From Epiperipatus broadwayi (taxonomy: Eukaryota > Animalia > Onychophora), in contig JAQFVV010000008.1 of the NCBI GenBank assembly GCA_028023455.1, positions 7,254,001 through 7,318,000 of the forward strand: a stretch of 64,000 nt of DNA. The letters run 5' to 3'. The notes under the pieces were generated by a model, which was not told where the DNA came from, ran no database searches, and was given only the letters and a program-made list of their open reading frames with translations. Made by a program: the position numbers and the translations under genes. Shown here one piece after another: positions 1 to 13,189 of this stretch. Every line of letters starts with the position of its first letter. The first letter of the stretch is position 1.

Positions 1-700
1 ACATGTATTGCTATGCAATAAATGTTTTCCATTTTTTTTTTTTTTTTTAAAAAAAATGTAAGATGTAAAATAAAATAAAAATCATTTCTACTTTTATAAA
101 GTGTAAAGATTAAAATTTTTTAAAATTATTAAGATTAAAAATACTTAATCAGCTAAATTATTGTTTAGTTCTAGCTAATATATATTTTAAAAACTCTGGA
201 ATTAACTCTATAACTTTCAAAATACCAATGTAGAAATAAATAAGAGCTATAACTGGCTGTAGATTTCTTTTATTTATATAATAGTACTTTAAGAATTGTA
301 AATTCAAGTAATGAATAATATTTCTGTAGTGTAACTTTCACTATACTACTGTCATGCAAGGTAGGGACCAGTTTCTATTCACTTTTAACCCTTTGGTGGA
401 TGGATATAGTCATAAACCTATAACCAAAGATATGTGGAAAAGATGTGATTCCTAAGATACACATTTCATGCTGAAGCAACACTCATTAGTTGGCACAAAT
501 CACAATCTCTTACACTTTTCTTTATCATTGTTCAGTATATATAGATAACCAATTATTATAGTTTAATTGATGTGTCAAATTTGCTGCCTTCACAACTTTG
601 ACACAAACCCGTTAATGGAAGTGTATTAATAATTTTATTAGTCATTCATTAGACTATAAATTATCCAATATTGTATTTATTATATATTATATTATATATG

Positions 701-879
701 AGCATGTGCCTTATGGTGTAGTGATAATATATCCTTCTACTCTGTCTGGATTTGAGTTCAAATGGCTTAAAACCTGAAAAAAAGTTTCAATCAAGCATAG
801 GAATTTTTATGATTAGGCAGCCCAAAATCAATTCAACTGACCAATATGTGTTTGTAAATAAGTACCTAGCTATTCTTAG
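701..879 (+). mobile_element. Degenerate tRNA-derived SINE, copy 1
   Basis: A-box-like TGGTGTAGTGATA (714-726) and B-box-like GAGTTCAAAT (754-763). Its tail (...AAGTACCTAGCTATTCTTAG) resembles the tail of the copy at 4.7-4.9 kb. Confidence 0.5.
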
Positions 880-2340
880 ATGATTAAACAAGAATGGGAA
901 AACACTCAAAATTTCACTACTTGATAATTGATAAACCTGATTTCTCTTTGAAGATTTAAATTATACAAGTAGGGCAAATTTCTAATGTCTACTCCATGTG
1001 TTGTTTATAAGATAAATAAACATGGTGGGCTACTCAACAACATCCATTAGCCAGCTTGAGGAGTTATTGGCTTCCATGAACCCTACAACCTTTCTTCTCA
1101 GTTGCCTGATAGTTCTTAATTTAATTATCAGTTGAGCTTTCTTAAGGACATGGCGAATATATGTCTGAATATATATTTTAGATATTTACATTTTCAGAAG
1201 GTTGTGAAATTAGTTGCCAAGACAGAATTTGACAATCGAAGCAGAGAATATTATAAATTTCCTGACTACAGACTCAGGCTATAATGATTTTTATTTAGCA
1301 ACTTAGAATCAAGATCATTTCCAAATGAAGGGTTATATGAATTGTGTTTGTTATTAAATGGGACATTATTAGATTTTGTAAAGGTAGAAGAAAAGATGAA
1401 GGAACAATTAATTTAAAAAGTGGACATTATTTTACTACAAAGAGCATAGATGTAAGTGAAATGGTATTCATTATAAATAAAAAATGATAGAAGAATATTA
1501 TAGGAATTAATGATATATTTAAAAAAGTGGTATATTACCCTTATTTAGCTTATTAGAAGTTACTAAATGTGTAGGGTAGTTTTTGTTTATGCACCAATAA
1601 GTTTTCATTGTAATGAAGAAATAGAGAATTTATATATAGATATTCAAAATATTTTTGATTACTTCAAACAACATTTTAAAATTGTCATGAGATACTTTGA
1701 TGACAGAATTGGAAAAGAATTAAAAGATGAAAAGGTTGTGGGTAAATTGAACTATGATGATATATATGAGAAAGGACCCAGATTTATGAAATTTGTAAAA
1801 AAAGAAAATATTCTTTATTTGAGAATAATGGAAAAAGTCATGGAAACATTCAAATGAAAGTATAATAGAACTGGATTCTATTTTGAATATCAGAAAATAT
1901 ATATTTCAAAACTAAAATGCTCTTAATAGATTTATTATTAAAAGTGACTATCTCATGCATATTAATGCAAAACTAGAGGGATGAAAGTTATTAAAAAAGT
2001 TAATATTACCAATTGGTAATCCTAATCTTCAGAATCATTCCAATGAACTTAAATTAGTATTTTTTCATTGTTTTAAAATTTTGATACATAGACTTTGAAA
2101 ATACTTCATACTTAATTGAGATCAATAATAAGATAACTAAAAGACTTTACTAAGAACTCCAATAAAGATATCTGGTATAAAAAAATAGCAATTCGTAGTA
2201 AATTTTTTATTGAGACAGGATTATGTATGAAGAAAAAAAGAACTATGAAAATATTTAAAAATAATCCATTAAAAAGAAATGAATAATTGGACTTTTGTAA
2301 GTACAAAAAAGAGTTAATGTATTTAAAATATTTAAGATTA

Positions 2341-2686
2341 TAAAATACGGGCATTCTTCATATAGGGAGCTTAATTGCAAATATGGGGAATTTGAACACA
2401 GACTTTTAAGCACCCTACAATTATCCACACTATCTCCTACCACTGATACATATGACCACACACATATAGAAAAGATAAATAATTACCAATATACATATTT
2501 CGTGCTGACCAGCACTCATCAGTTAATCTGGACCAACTGATGAGTGCTGGTTCAGCAGGAAATATGTATATTGTTGATTATTTATCTTTTCTATACATGT
2601 GTGTGTGGTCATGTGTATCAGTAGTATGAGATAGTTTGGATAATTTAAGGGTGCTTGAAAGTCTGTGTTCAAATCCTCTATATTTA
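2341..2686. mobile_element. Family A hammerhead repeat (retrozyme-like), locus A1, head-to-head inverted
   Basis: Minus arm 2341-2524 and plus arm 2525-2686 form ~145-bp inverted arms. Both arms carry CTGATGA-stem II-GAAA. Candidate TSD ATTTAAAATA(T/A)... at 2321-2336 and 2682-2697 (15/16 match). Confidence 0.85.
2525..2585 (+). ncRNA. Type I hammerhead ribozyme motif (family A)
   Basis: ACCAA-CTGATGA(2537-2543)-GTGCTG GTT CAGCAG-GAAA-TATGTAT-A/TTGTT. The mirror copy on the minus strand (~2470-2524) reads CTGATGA GTGCTG GT CAGCAC GAAA TATGTAT A TTGGT, with an intact core. Confidence 0.85.
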
Positions 2687-4720
2687 AAATATATAAGTAA
2701 ATTAGCAAAAAAAAACTACAGAACAGAATATAATTATTACTGCAATAAAAAGAAAAGATGGAACTCTTACTAAAAAAAAGAGATGGCATAAAATAAGTGG
2801 AAAAGTTCTACAAGGAATTATATTATAATAAAGAACAATAACAAAGTAACCACTACAATTATTATATCTTCTGATTTGTCAAACACTTTCAATGAAGAAG
2901 CGAGACATGTAATATGGGGAAAGCTCCTAAAAACTATAATTATTTTTAATATCTTAAAATAATCAGATGAAGAAATAGAGAAATTGTTGATGAAAATATA
3001 TGATAAATATATAAATCATAAAGGTGTAGCATATGTTCAAAAGAATGCAATAGTGATATTTAAGAAAGGTTAAAAAAATAGAAATTAAAACCTATCAAGT
3101 TTCTATCATTTCTGTACAAGAATCTTTACCAAAATGATTAGAACTCATCTGCAGTAATCTTTGAATTAAGTCAATGAAAAAAAAACAAGCTGGAATTAAA
3201 TTGATTCTAGTATAGTGGATGATATTCAAGTATTGATAAAGTTATAAAAAGAACCAATGAATATGAATTACCATTATGCTTTAGATTTGTCGGTTATGAA
3301 AAGGCATTTTATTCTGTTAGCATTTCCACAGTGGTTAAAGTATTAAATCATCAAGAATATTCTAAAGAATATTTATCAAAATGAAAGATGAACTACAAAG
3401 ATTATTAGTGATAAGGTTGTATAACAGGATAATTCATCTCCATAACTTTTTATAGGAATTTTGATACATCGACATTACTTAAGTACATGGAAATTATTTA
3501 AATAATCTAGATTTTGCAGATGATGTGGTTGTTTTCGCAAATAATATATCAGAATTTCAGAAAATGTTGCAAGAATTATTAAATGAAATGTAGAACATAA
3601 TACTAATGATAAATAATAAAGAGACTATAAAGTAATGTTCAATGCCTTTTTTCAGGAAATAAAAGGAATTATTAATAATAACGAATTAGAAAAAATTAAT
3701 AACTACAATACCTTTGTCAAATTATTAATACATATGAAAATATAATATATGAATTATATACTTAGATTTGGCAGGATTATTTTTGGTAGACAATTTTTAG
3801 TATATGAATTTTATCAGTTGTTGCTCATAGATATGATACTTGGATATTAAACAGAAGAGCAATACAGCAGCTTCAGATATTTAAAGAAGTATGAGCAGAT
3901 GTATGTTATGAATAACAAGGGATTAAAAGCTAAAGCTTAGTTAAAATCAAATAGATATCATTGATATAATTGAAAAAATTAAGATACTGAAAGAAAGCTG
4001 GACTGGAAATTTTGTTGAAAGAGATAATAATAGATGGATAGTTGAAGTCTTAATCTAAATTCTAAGAGATTGCTAAAAACTTTTAAAAGAGACCACATAT
4101 GAGATGAATGGATGAAATAAAGAAGTTTGTTAGTAAAATGTGGAAAATAAGCACCACAAATCAAAGAAACTAGGTTAAACATGATAAGACCTTCATTCTG
4201 CAGAGAGAAATGGTAATGTTTGAAAATTATATATATATATTTAAATATTGATAATATTAATGGAAATAGATTAATTTCACAATCCTCATGTTTTGGAATT
4301 TTATTGGTGCATCTTTTATCTCAATTCCATTATGTCATTAATATCTACCAGAATAGAAATTCAGACTTCTTTCTAACTACAATATGATGATGAGATAAAG
4401 GGGATGCTGATAAAACCAAAAAAAAAATGATGATGCTTATAGTTCATTTCTTTTTTATTATTATTTTTTAATCTATTTTTTTTAGAATTACATGAATTGG
4501 CTTTTCAAGTATTTACTCTGGTAGCAATTCCATACATGATTGTGACTTGCATCTTACATGCTCTCTATCTACATCTAGTAAGATTTTATGTAATATATTT
4601 AAATGTTATCATTTAAATATATTTTATTTTTATATCATGAAATACTTATCTATGTAAATTATTATTTAGCTTTAGTTCTAGCTAATACTAAATGTAATCA
4701 TATATATATATATATATGTC

Positions 4721-4919
4721 TAGGTATGTGTGTAAAAGCACATGGTATAATAATAGCACATCCAACTGCCTTATGATCTGGATTTGAATTCAGACTGTTT
4801 TAAAACTTGAGTTTTTTAAAATTTCAATCGTGCTTATATTTTTTTAAGTAGATAGCCCTTAATGAACCTAGTGTATCATACCAATATTGGTTAATGGATG
4901 GGTATCTTACTATTCTTAG
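4721..4919 (+). mobile_element. Degenerate tRNA-derived SINE, copy 2
   Basis: Collinear similarity to 701-879 (TCTGGATTTGAATTCAG, TTTCAATC, GTATCTTACTATTCTTAG). Confidence 0.4.
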
Positions 4920-6920
4920 CTAAACTATTCAAATATTATACAAATTTTTTTTAATGTATTAATGCTTATGAAAAATTTTATAAAAGCATTGGTTATATAA
5001 TAACTAGATAATGAACAATTTTTATTTACTTGGGATAATCCTAAAATTGATGTTTAATGTTTTTGCATTGCGAATAAAGATCTTCAGGCTATATTTAAAA
5101 AACTAATTTATTTATCACTGGTCAATGTCTTCGCAGATAAATTGTCATTTCAGCATCAATATGGCAGGTTGAGCTCAACAATTTTTTTTCAGTCAAACAA
5201 ACAGATACCCCCCCCCTCCTCTTTTTTTTTCTTTTCAAGTTTTACAATTGGAATTTGATACATGAATCATGAGCAATTTTAAGTACTTAATCGGCAATAA
5301 AACTATTTGCAAAACAAAAAAAAAATACTTTTCATGAAAACTAAACCATCTTTCACACATTATTATTCTACAATTTTAAAAATTGCTCTTCCTAATAATT
5401 ACCACAATAATTTATCTACAAGATATAAAAAATATATTGACAACTATTAGTATTCATTCTTTAAATCAAAATGTTATTAATTTTCTATCGTACTATTCTG
5501 CATTAACAGCAGGAATTTATTTCACATTATTTTACTCTAGATTCATCTATGCAAGCATGAATATGTAAATGGACATTCCAAACAGATCTGCTACCCATTT
5601 ACAGAAATTAGCCTTCATCAGTGAATAACTCTGGATTACAAAGATCCATCGGTCAAAACTTTAGAGTTCAATGATTAAGAATATTTGTTTTTTTTAAATA
5701 ATAAAATGATTGAGTTATTTTTGTATTTGAAATCAAACATATAAATGATAACGGATTGTATAACATTTAATTAATTAATGCACTACAATGCAGGTAGATA
5801 TTGCAGCAGTTCAATAACTTAAAAATTTTAAATTACAAAAGAGAAACTTTATGGATTTATAAATAATAATTATAGTAGTAATGGTAATAATAACGAGAAT
5901 GAATGCAGTCTGTTAATGAGACAGTAAAAGAAGTGATATGAATATCATGGTTTGAATTGAGTTTGTCAAAGAAGCATTTAATTCATAATCTGATAAATTG
6001 CAGTAATTTAACTTATTTTTAATCAGTATGTTAAAAGTTAGCATGTGATTTAACATTGTCTGACAATTTACTTTAAAACTAATCAAATTATTAAATTTTT
6101 ATCTACAGTAATTTGAAATAATTTACTGTCTGGTTTTCTGTGTGTGTGTGTGTGTGTATATATATATTGATAACACGAGCACTATGATGGATGTAATATA
6201 GTTCTATATTTGTTAAGTACAACGTGAAATATATTAATTCTTGTAATAAATCTTATCTAGTTTTATTACATATGAATACGAATATAGACACAAGGAGTAA
6301 TCAAAAATTAAACCCAATTTATTTTCAATTGATTTATTAAAAACATCTTTAGTTCTTGTTTTTCTCCTAAATATGTGTGAGTGGGAAGTATACATGTACA
6401 TGGTTTTTTTTACTTTAGTTTCTAAGTATCTCTTATGAAATTAATATAACTTTTTAGAGTTTAATAAAATACCTCATATAGATTTATATTGAAATTTTAA
6501 TGTAAATTATAAAGTTTTGCCTGTTTTAATGTAAATTATATTAAGAGGAAGGGCCACGTCATAGCAAGTACTTAGATATTCATCTCAGAAAAAAAACATT
6601 TGTTAATTATAATATACCCAAATGGTGACGTTTTTCTAAAGAAGTTTGCTGCAGAATTTTAAAAACGCCATTACAACATGTCAAATAAATTTAAAAAACC
6701 CTAAAATTTCTTATGTGGACATATTTTTGTTCTTTGTGTTTTTATCTCTTTTTCTGGAATTAAAAGGTCCATAATTTTTTATGAATGAGAAAATGATAGT
6801 AATGATACACTGTGTGTGTAGCCAAATTGCATTTATTTTTATATTTCTATATGTGTGTGTATATATATATATATTGGTATATGTATAAATAGGTATTAAT
6901 TGTATATGTTTAAATGTTGG

Positions 6921-6960
6921 AGCTCTGATGATGACTGTTGGACAGCTGAAACTGTAAGGT
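6921..6960 (+). ncRNA. Orphan minimal hammerhead motif (Penelope pLTR-type), degenerate
   Basis: GCT-CTGATGA(6925-6931)-T-GACTGT TGG ACAGCT-GAAA-C T GT A/AGG, followed by AATAAA. Stem II has one mismatch. Confidence 0.55.
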
Positions 6961-9900
6961 AATAAAATAAATAATATGTTAAAGAGAGTGTCATTTAAGA
7001 TGTATATGGTGTATTATATTATTAAATTGTACTTAGTAGATTAAATTATTATTTGAGATGAGTTATACTGCTTCTTCTACCATTCATTGACCAATAAAAC
7101 AAAAATTGTATTGATATGTAAATAATAATGATGATGATGATGATAATAGTAATAAACAAAGATTTATTTATACAAATATTAACATTATTTGTGATTCATA
7201 TAATCACACCTATGTGTGTGTGATTGGTCTTAGATGTTCCACTGTGCTGCTATTATATTTAACAGGTTATAAGATAGGATTTTATCATATGGCATAACTA
7301 TTTCAACTAAATTATTTATATATACAGTTGTTATTTTACCTAGTTTATTGTATGAAAATGAGACTTAGATCTGCAATCAATGTAAGTCAATGGCATTAGA
7401 ATAATTTCATTTAAGAGTGCTTTGTAAAATTTTAAAAAGATGATGGTAAGATTATACAAGTAATTAATGTGATCATCCTGTTGTGATTCTGAACTGGTCT
7501 TATATGCTACTTTATGGGTAACAGCTTTCATTATAGAATCTAAGCAAATATTTTATGAAAAACTTGATCATGGTTTTTGTGAGAGGCAGATTCCATTTAC
7601 ATTACAAAAAATATCTAAGATACCTTAAAGAAACGTATTATTAATTGTTTTCATTAGAAAGATTAGAAAAGGTATTAAACTTTTTCAAAAAATTAAAATG
7701 TCAAATAAGCAAACTAATGGACCATCATGTTTTAAATCTATATAGTTATGCTAAAATTAATCTAATGCATTATAGTTGTTAGTATTTTTTCCCTGTAGTT
7801 GGAATGACTATATTTGATTACTGAATTGATATATATATATATTGTACTAGTCAGACAGTGGATCTTAGTGATTCTTGCTCCATATATACACTACTCCATT
7901 TGTGTGATCAAAGATACCAGATGGATTCTCTTTTACCATCATATATAATTTTAATGAGAGAGCTTACCCATATTTCTCACTATAATTCAGTTGGCAGTTA
8001 GCCAATGAATCATGTGATGATGAAATATTTATAATTAATGAATGCCAGCCATTTTAAATATTACGGCATTTCATTTTTTCATGTGATAAACCAATCATCC
8101 TCATTACTATTATTATTTCTTTTTAGACTGATATTACCCATAACCACTAGCTTTAATCTCTCTTTTGATAACTATTTTTTGGAAATCACACACATATACA
8201 CTTATCCTTCGAACTACATGACTTTGATAACTATTTTGGAATGCTTCCAGGAATAAGAAGCTATACATTTCAATAAAAATTAACAATTTAATAACAATAG
8301 AAGTTAAATTAGAAACATATTATTTTTAAAGCTAAACTATCCCCCAATAAAATAAATAAGCATTTTTTTACAGATACAATAATATTTAAAAATGTGTGTA
8401 CACAAAGATATAAAAGAGAAATAATCTCAAAAAAAAAACACACATAATTAATGTATCATGGACATGAAGAAATAAACAAAAAAATATCAATAAATAAAAT
8501 AGCATATTTTTACCTCTGATTTTAGAACTCATTTAAGTTATAGTTCAAAGTACAATACTATAACCATTTTTTTTTGAGCTGATATTATGTGTACCTATAT
8601 ATTTAAAATTCATTTTTCTTAAATGTCATGATAGATGCTTCTAGGGTCTAATAGCTGATGATTAATTCTTCATGATTAACTAACAAAAGTTTTATTTTAG
8701 ACTTTTTTTTTATCTCTTTTATATTTAAATAATTAATATGATTTTTAATTTACAAAAGAAATAACTCAACAGATGAATCTTTTTACGGATCTGTTTATTT
8801 GCTATTAAAAAATCCCTTAAAAGCACATATTTTAATTTTTAGAAAAAAATATATATAACTCCCCCCCCCTCACACACACACACACAAAATTTAATATACC
8901 TGAAAAACTTTATTTTAATATATAGTCATGCTGGGCTTATGTCTATGTTAAATTTACCATTTTAAGCAATTAATTAAATATAATTTTAAAAATAATACAA
9001 TTTGAAATTTTCTTTCTCTCTTTTATTAAAAAAAATGCCCCTTTATTTTTAGTGAGGTGGTAATTACTTTGTTTTAACCCATGTACCCCATAATGTTTTG
9101 GTACAATATATATAGAAATCAAGAAGTTTTATATATATATTTGTTTGTAGATTTCGAAATCCTTATGGTATAAAATAGTGTTACTACTTATTAACATCAT
9201 AGCATGTACATTTGGAATCATATTTTATAGACTTCATCTTACAGAATGCCATTCTGGTGGTAAGTTGTTGTTTTTTTTTTTTATTAATTGCATATGCTGA
9301 AAAATAACATTATTAAATTAAGATTTTTTTTTTTTCTAGTTTACTCCCTCTTTTCATTTTGTGAATATGTATTAGTCTTATCCAACATGGGATTTCATGG
9401 CACCTCTTACTGGGATTTTGAATTGCAAACTATTCAAATGCTCTCTAAAAGAAGCTAGAAAATATTCATAGCATTGTAAAATATATTTATATTATTTTTT
9501 AAAAACTGTTATTTATATTTAGTTCCAAAAAGTTTTGCAATATTATTTATAAATGCTACAATATTTGTCAGAGAAGAGAGAAAAAATCTTACTATTTCAT
9601 TTTAATTATAAATATGCGACTTTTTTTCGCATTAAATAGTGAAGCTATAATTATACTATAATGTGTAATACTGTCTGCTTAGCGCTTTCGAGATTTAATG
9701 TTCGAATCTCATACTCATAGCTTTGTGAATGAAGACTGTTGTGATTTATTGTACACATATGCAAATGAGTTTGAATTTTTAATTAGTTAGTCCATTGTTT
9801 GGAGAGAGCAAAGCATGCCTCTCTTCTATTAATGGTACTAAGATCATTTGCTATGTAAAAAGCTTTTTTAACTTTTCTTTTGGCATCACACTTCTATGTA

Positions 9901-12772
9901 CAAATAGAAATTCAGTTTCAAAGCTTTATTTATATGTATATATGAGACACATGTCGAAATCATAAACACATATTTTGAGTAATTTCATTGGTAATTAATT
10001 ATATGTATATCTTACAAGTTCTGTACTTTTAGCAAACATTTTGTTTTTTAAAATAAACATTTTTTTAATAAATATATAAATGCTTTTTAATTATTATTAG
10101 GTCAGAAATTACCCTTTATTAAAAATTAATTATCTGTATGACTTTTTACCATGAATGATAATCTGTTGTTTTTTTTTTTAAGTAACTATTCACTTCCTTT
10201 TACTTTTGAACAGAATTTTGTATTTCTATAAACTACAGAATGATCTTATAATATATAAGAAAACATAATTAACTAAAGAAATGCATATAAGAGCCATTAT
10301 CATATTTTTAGATGTTTACATATATATGTTTGAAGTATTAGCATGCTAATTATATATTATATCTATGCACATACATATAAACTTAGGATTAAATTAACTT
10401 CACTATACAATATTTATTATTCAAAGTCTAAATATTTCATGAATTCAATTTTTTATTTGCTAAGTATCTTTTTTTAGATTAGCAATAAAATTTATTTAGC
10501 CAATTTTATTTATTATATATTCACATTTTTAGTTCAAATTCTTATAAGTAATGTCACACAATTGATGTTTAATCTAAACTATAAATGTTAAATGCAGTGG
10601 GAAATGTTATCAACAGTAAATTACATTGTATAAACAATTCATGATTATGGAAAAGATAGTTATGTTTAAAAAGATTTTGTATCTAAACTACATTTATTGA
10701 ATATTGAAGCAATTGTAGATTTAATCCTAATTTTTTATATTTTATGTAGAAATATAAACTTGCAAATGCAGAAAAATTACATAGTTTAAAAAGTAAAGTT
10801 CATTAGAGTTTAGTGCAGTTTTAGATTTTTAAATGCTAAAATAGATAGTGTCCAGTGATTGGAAGGAATTAGTAATTGATTGTGTACTATCATTTGATTT
10901 TAGTTCTCTATTGTTTAGTGATTCATCTACTGTTAGGTGAAAATTTTAATGTGTATATTTCCTTTAGTTAATAATAAAATTCTTACTGCCATAGCTATTT
11001 ATATTTTCATAATAACTACCCTATGCACTTAAAAACTAATATTCCCTATAGTCAATATTTAATAATTAGAATAATTTGCAATGATGAAAAATTTCTTCAA
11101 CAAAATAACAAAGTTTTATATAATAAATTTATAAATATAAAATATTGTAAAACAATGTTGAATAAATTTCATTCCAATATCAGCCTTTCAAGCTAATTGA
11201 GCACGCGCCTTTTGAGTGTTAAATAAATGAATACTCTCTTCTTCAATCCAAGATATAGTATTTATGCAGGAATAAAAAGAATCCCTCTTATTCCTACGAC
11301 TCAAATTCTTTTATATGAGCAAATCTGAAGAACTGTTAAAGAGAGCGTGAGTAGATTCTCACTTTAAATTACTATTTACGATGTTTTTTGGCTGAATGAC
11401 ATTGGTGTAATTACTTAGAATTTACTAAATGTCATTCTTACTTGCTTATTTACTCATAATGTTGAATAAAGTAATATTAAAATCTTCAGAAATTGATAGA
11501 AAGGAACTTATATTTAGAAAAAAAGCAGTCAATTTGAAGTTTCACCATTACTTCTTACTTTTAGTAATGATTTACTTAATATTATCCTTATACTGCAGAA
11601 GCACTTTAATGTATCAAATTTTACAGATTAGCTAAAATTGTTTTTCCAGCCCATCTAAAGCTGTGCCTCAAAGACACACAACACTTAAAGATAGTTTTGT
11701 AAAAAGAAACATCTTACTCCTAATTTTGTATCAAAAAAAGATTGTTTTTTATGTGAGATAAAAGATGTTCTACATGAAAACCTATTATTGTTACAAAAAT
11801 GGTCCAAGGTAATAAATACCATTAACGTTATTAAATGGCATATTCCCAACTATATCAATTGTAAAAGTGTAATTGCAATATATTTAATAGAATGTTGCAG
11901 ATGCTTGAACTGTTATATGAGAGAAATGGCAAACAGTCTGCATATTAGAATAACTACATTTGACATTTTATAAAAAAAATAAAGATAGATACACTTCAAT
12001 TTGTCAGATTACGCAATCTACAATTTAAAAGTGGTCATATTACAAAGCAACTTTTCCTCCACAAGAGAGACAAATCAAAAAGTTATTTTTTTTCATTTAC
12101 AAATTTAAGACCTTAATACTCTATTTTTCATTTCTTAATTATTATTTAACATATTACATTACATTATTTATATATATATATTTGAGATTCAATGTGAATA
12201 TATGACATTTTTTTTACACATTATTTTTTATATGAAGTTTTTTTTATATACATTTTTTTCAATCATATACATATATATTTTATATGAATTAACTAACCAT
12301 TGAAAAGTTTTTGTAATGTCTATTAAGAAAATAGTTAAAGTTTTAAAATAATAAAAAACTAAAGATTTTTAATGTTTAGTTTTTAAAAGAAGTTCTTTGG
12401 CAGCTTATCTAATGAAAACCAGTCCTCTGGATGAAATATTAAGCTGTACAGATAAATAATTGTGTTTTGTTCTTTTATATATATATATTTAGTTAGTATA
12501 TACAATTTGATTTTCTAGCTATAAAACAAAATTTCAAAAGAAATGCATAGCTTACATATATACACACACACACACATATATATATGGTTTATATAAAAAT
12601 AAGCTCTAAGTATAAATGCTCCACTTATGCTTTTAAAACACTTATTGATGGATGAGTTCATTTAAATTTAATCTAATAACATGTGTGAAGATTAATTTTC
12701 TTCCACAAGATTATAATATATATATATACATATTATATTATTTTGAGGAGCTTCCGTGTAATAAACATATAA

Positions 12773-13181
12773 ATCTCACATGATCACCATTTCTTATGCT
12801 TGCTCTTAACTGTTATTAAACAGGCAAAGCTCTCTATATGTATTGCCACTCAGTGCAAGCCAGAATAATCAATGGATGCCAGAAGGCTTATACATAAAAT
12901 CCCCATCTAGTGCCTACTCACCCAATATCCCCAGACTAGTTTCTGGCTTGTGGCCTTTGTCAATGAGGAACTTTGGATCTAAGAGCACTGTACCTAGATC
13001 TTAGGATCTAATGCAACCCTAAGTTCCTCACTAACAAAGGCTACAAGCCAGAAACTAGTCTGGGGATATTGAATGAGTAGGCACTAGATGGGGATTTTAT
13101 GCACAAGCCTTCTGGCATCCATTGATTACTCTGGCTTGCACTGAGTGGCAATACATATAGAGAGTTTTGCCTGTGTAATAA
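12773..13181. mobile_element. Family B hammerhead repeat, locus B1, head-to-head inverted
   Basis: Minus arm ~12777-13020, plus arm ~13020-13181, with ~160 bp of reverse-complement identity. Degenerate hammerheads in both arms (CTAACAA..GAAACTAGTC/TGGGG at 13031-13065). Candidate TSD GTGTAATAAA(C/A)ATATAA at 12756-12772 and 13173-13189 (16/17). Confidence 0.85.
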
Positions 13182-13189
13182 AAATATAA

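Larger units (their letters stand above)
1020..4215 (+). mobile_element. Decayed near-full-length RTE-clade LINE (APE endonuclease + RT), interrupted by family A locus A1
   Basis: ORF 1567-1857 has endonuclease motifs (VVFVYAP..EEIENLYIDI; IVMRYFDDRIGK, compare IIMGDFNAKIG). RT remnants: GYEKAFYSV at ~3293-3318 and NNLDFADDVV at 3501-3530. The 3' end AGACCTTCATTCTGCAG matches the RTE end at 37.9 kb. Many stops and frameshifts; the 5' boundary is approximate. Confidence 0.85.

Noticed and set aside
1020-1090. Possible HDV-like ribozyme at the RTE 5' end
   Set aside because: Short pairings exist (GGCTA/TAGCC, AGCCA/TGGCT) but I could not thread the nested double pseudoknot.
5330-5660. Tc1/mariner-like transposase remnant on the minus strand (LFTDEG, VNAE.Y)
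   Set aside because: Only two short motifs across frameshifts, with no TIRs.
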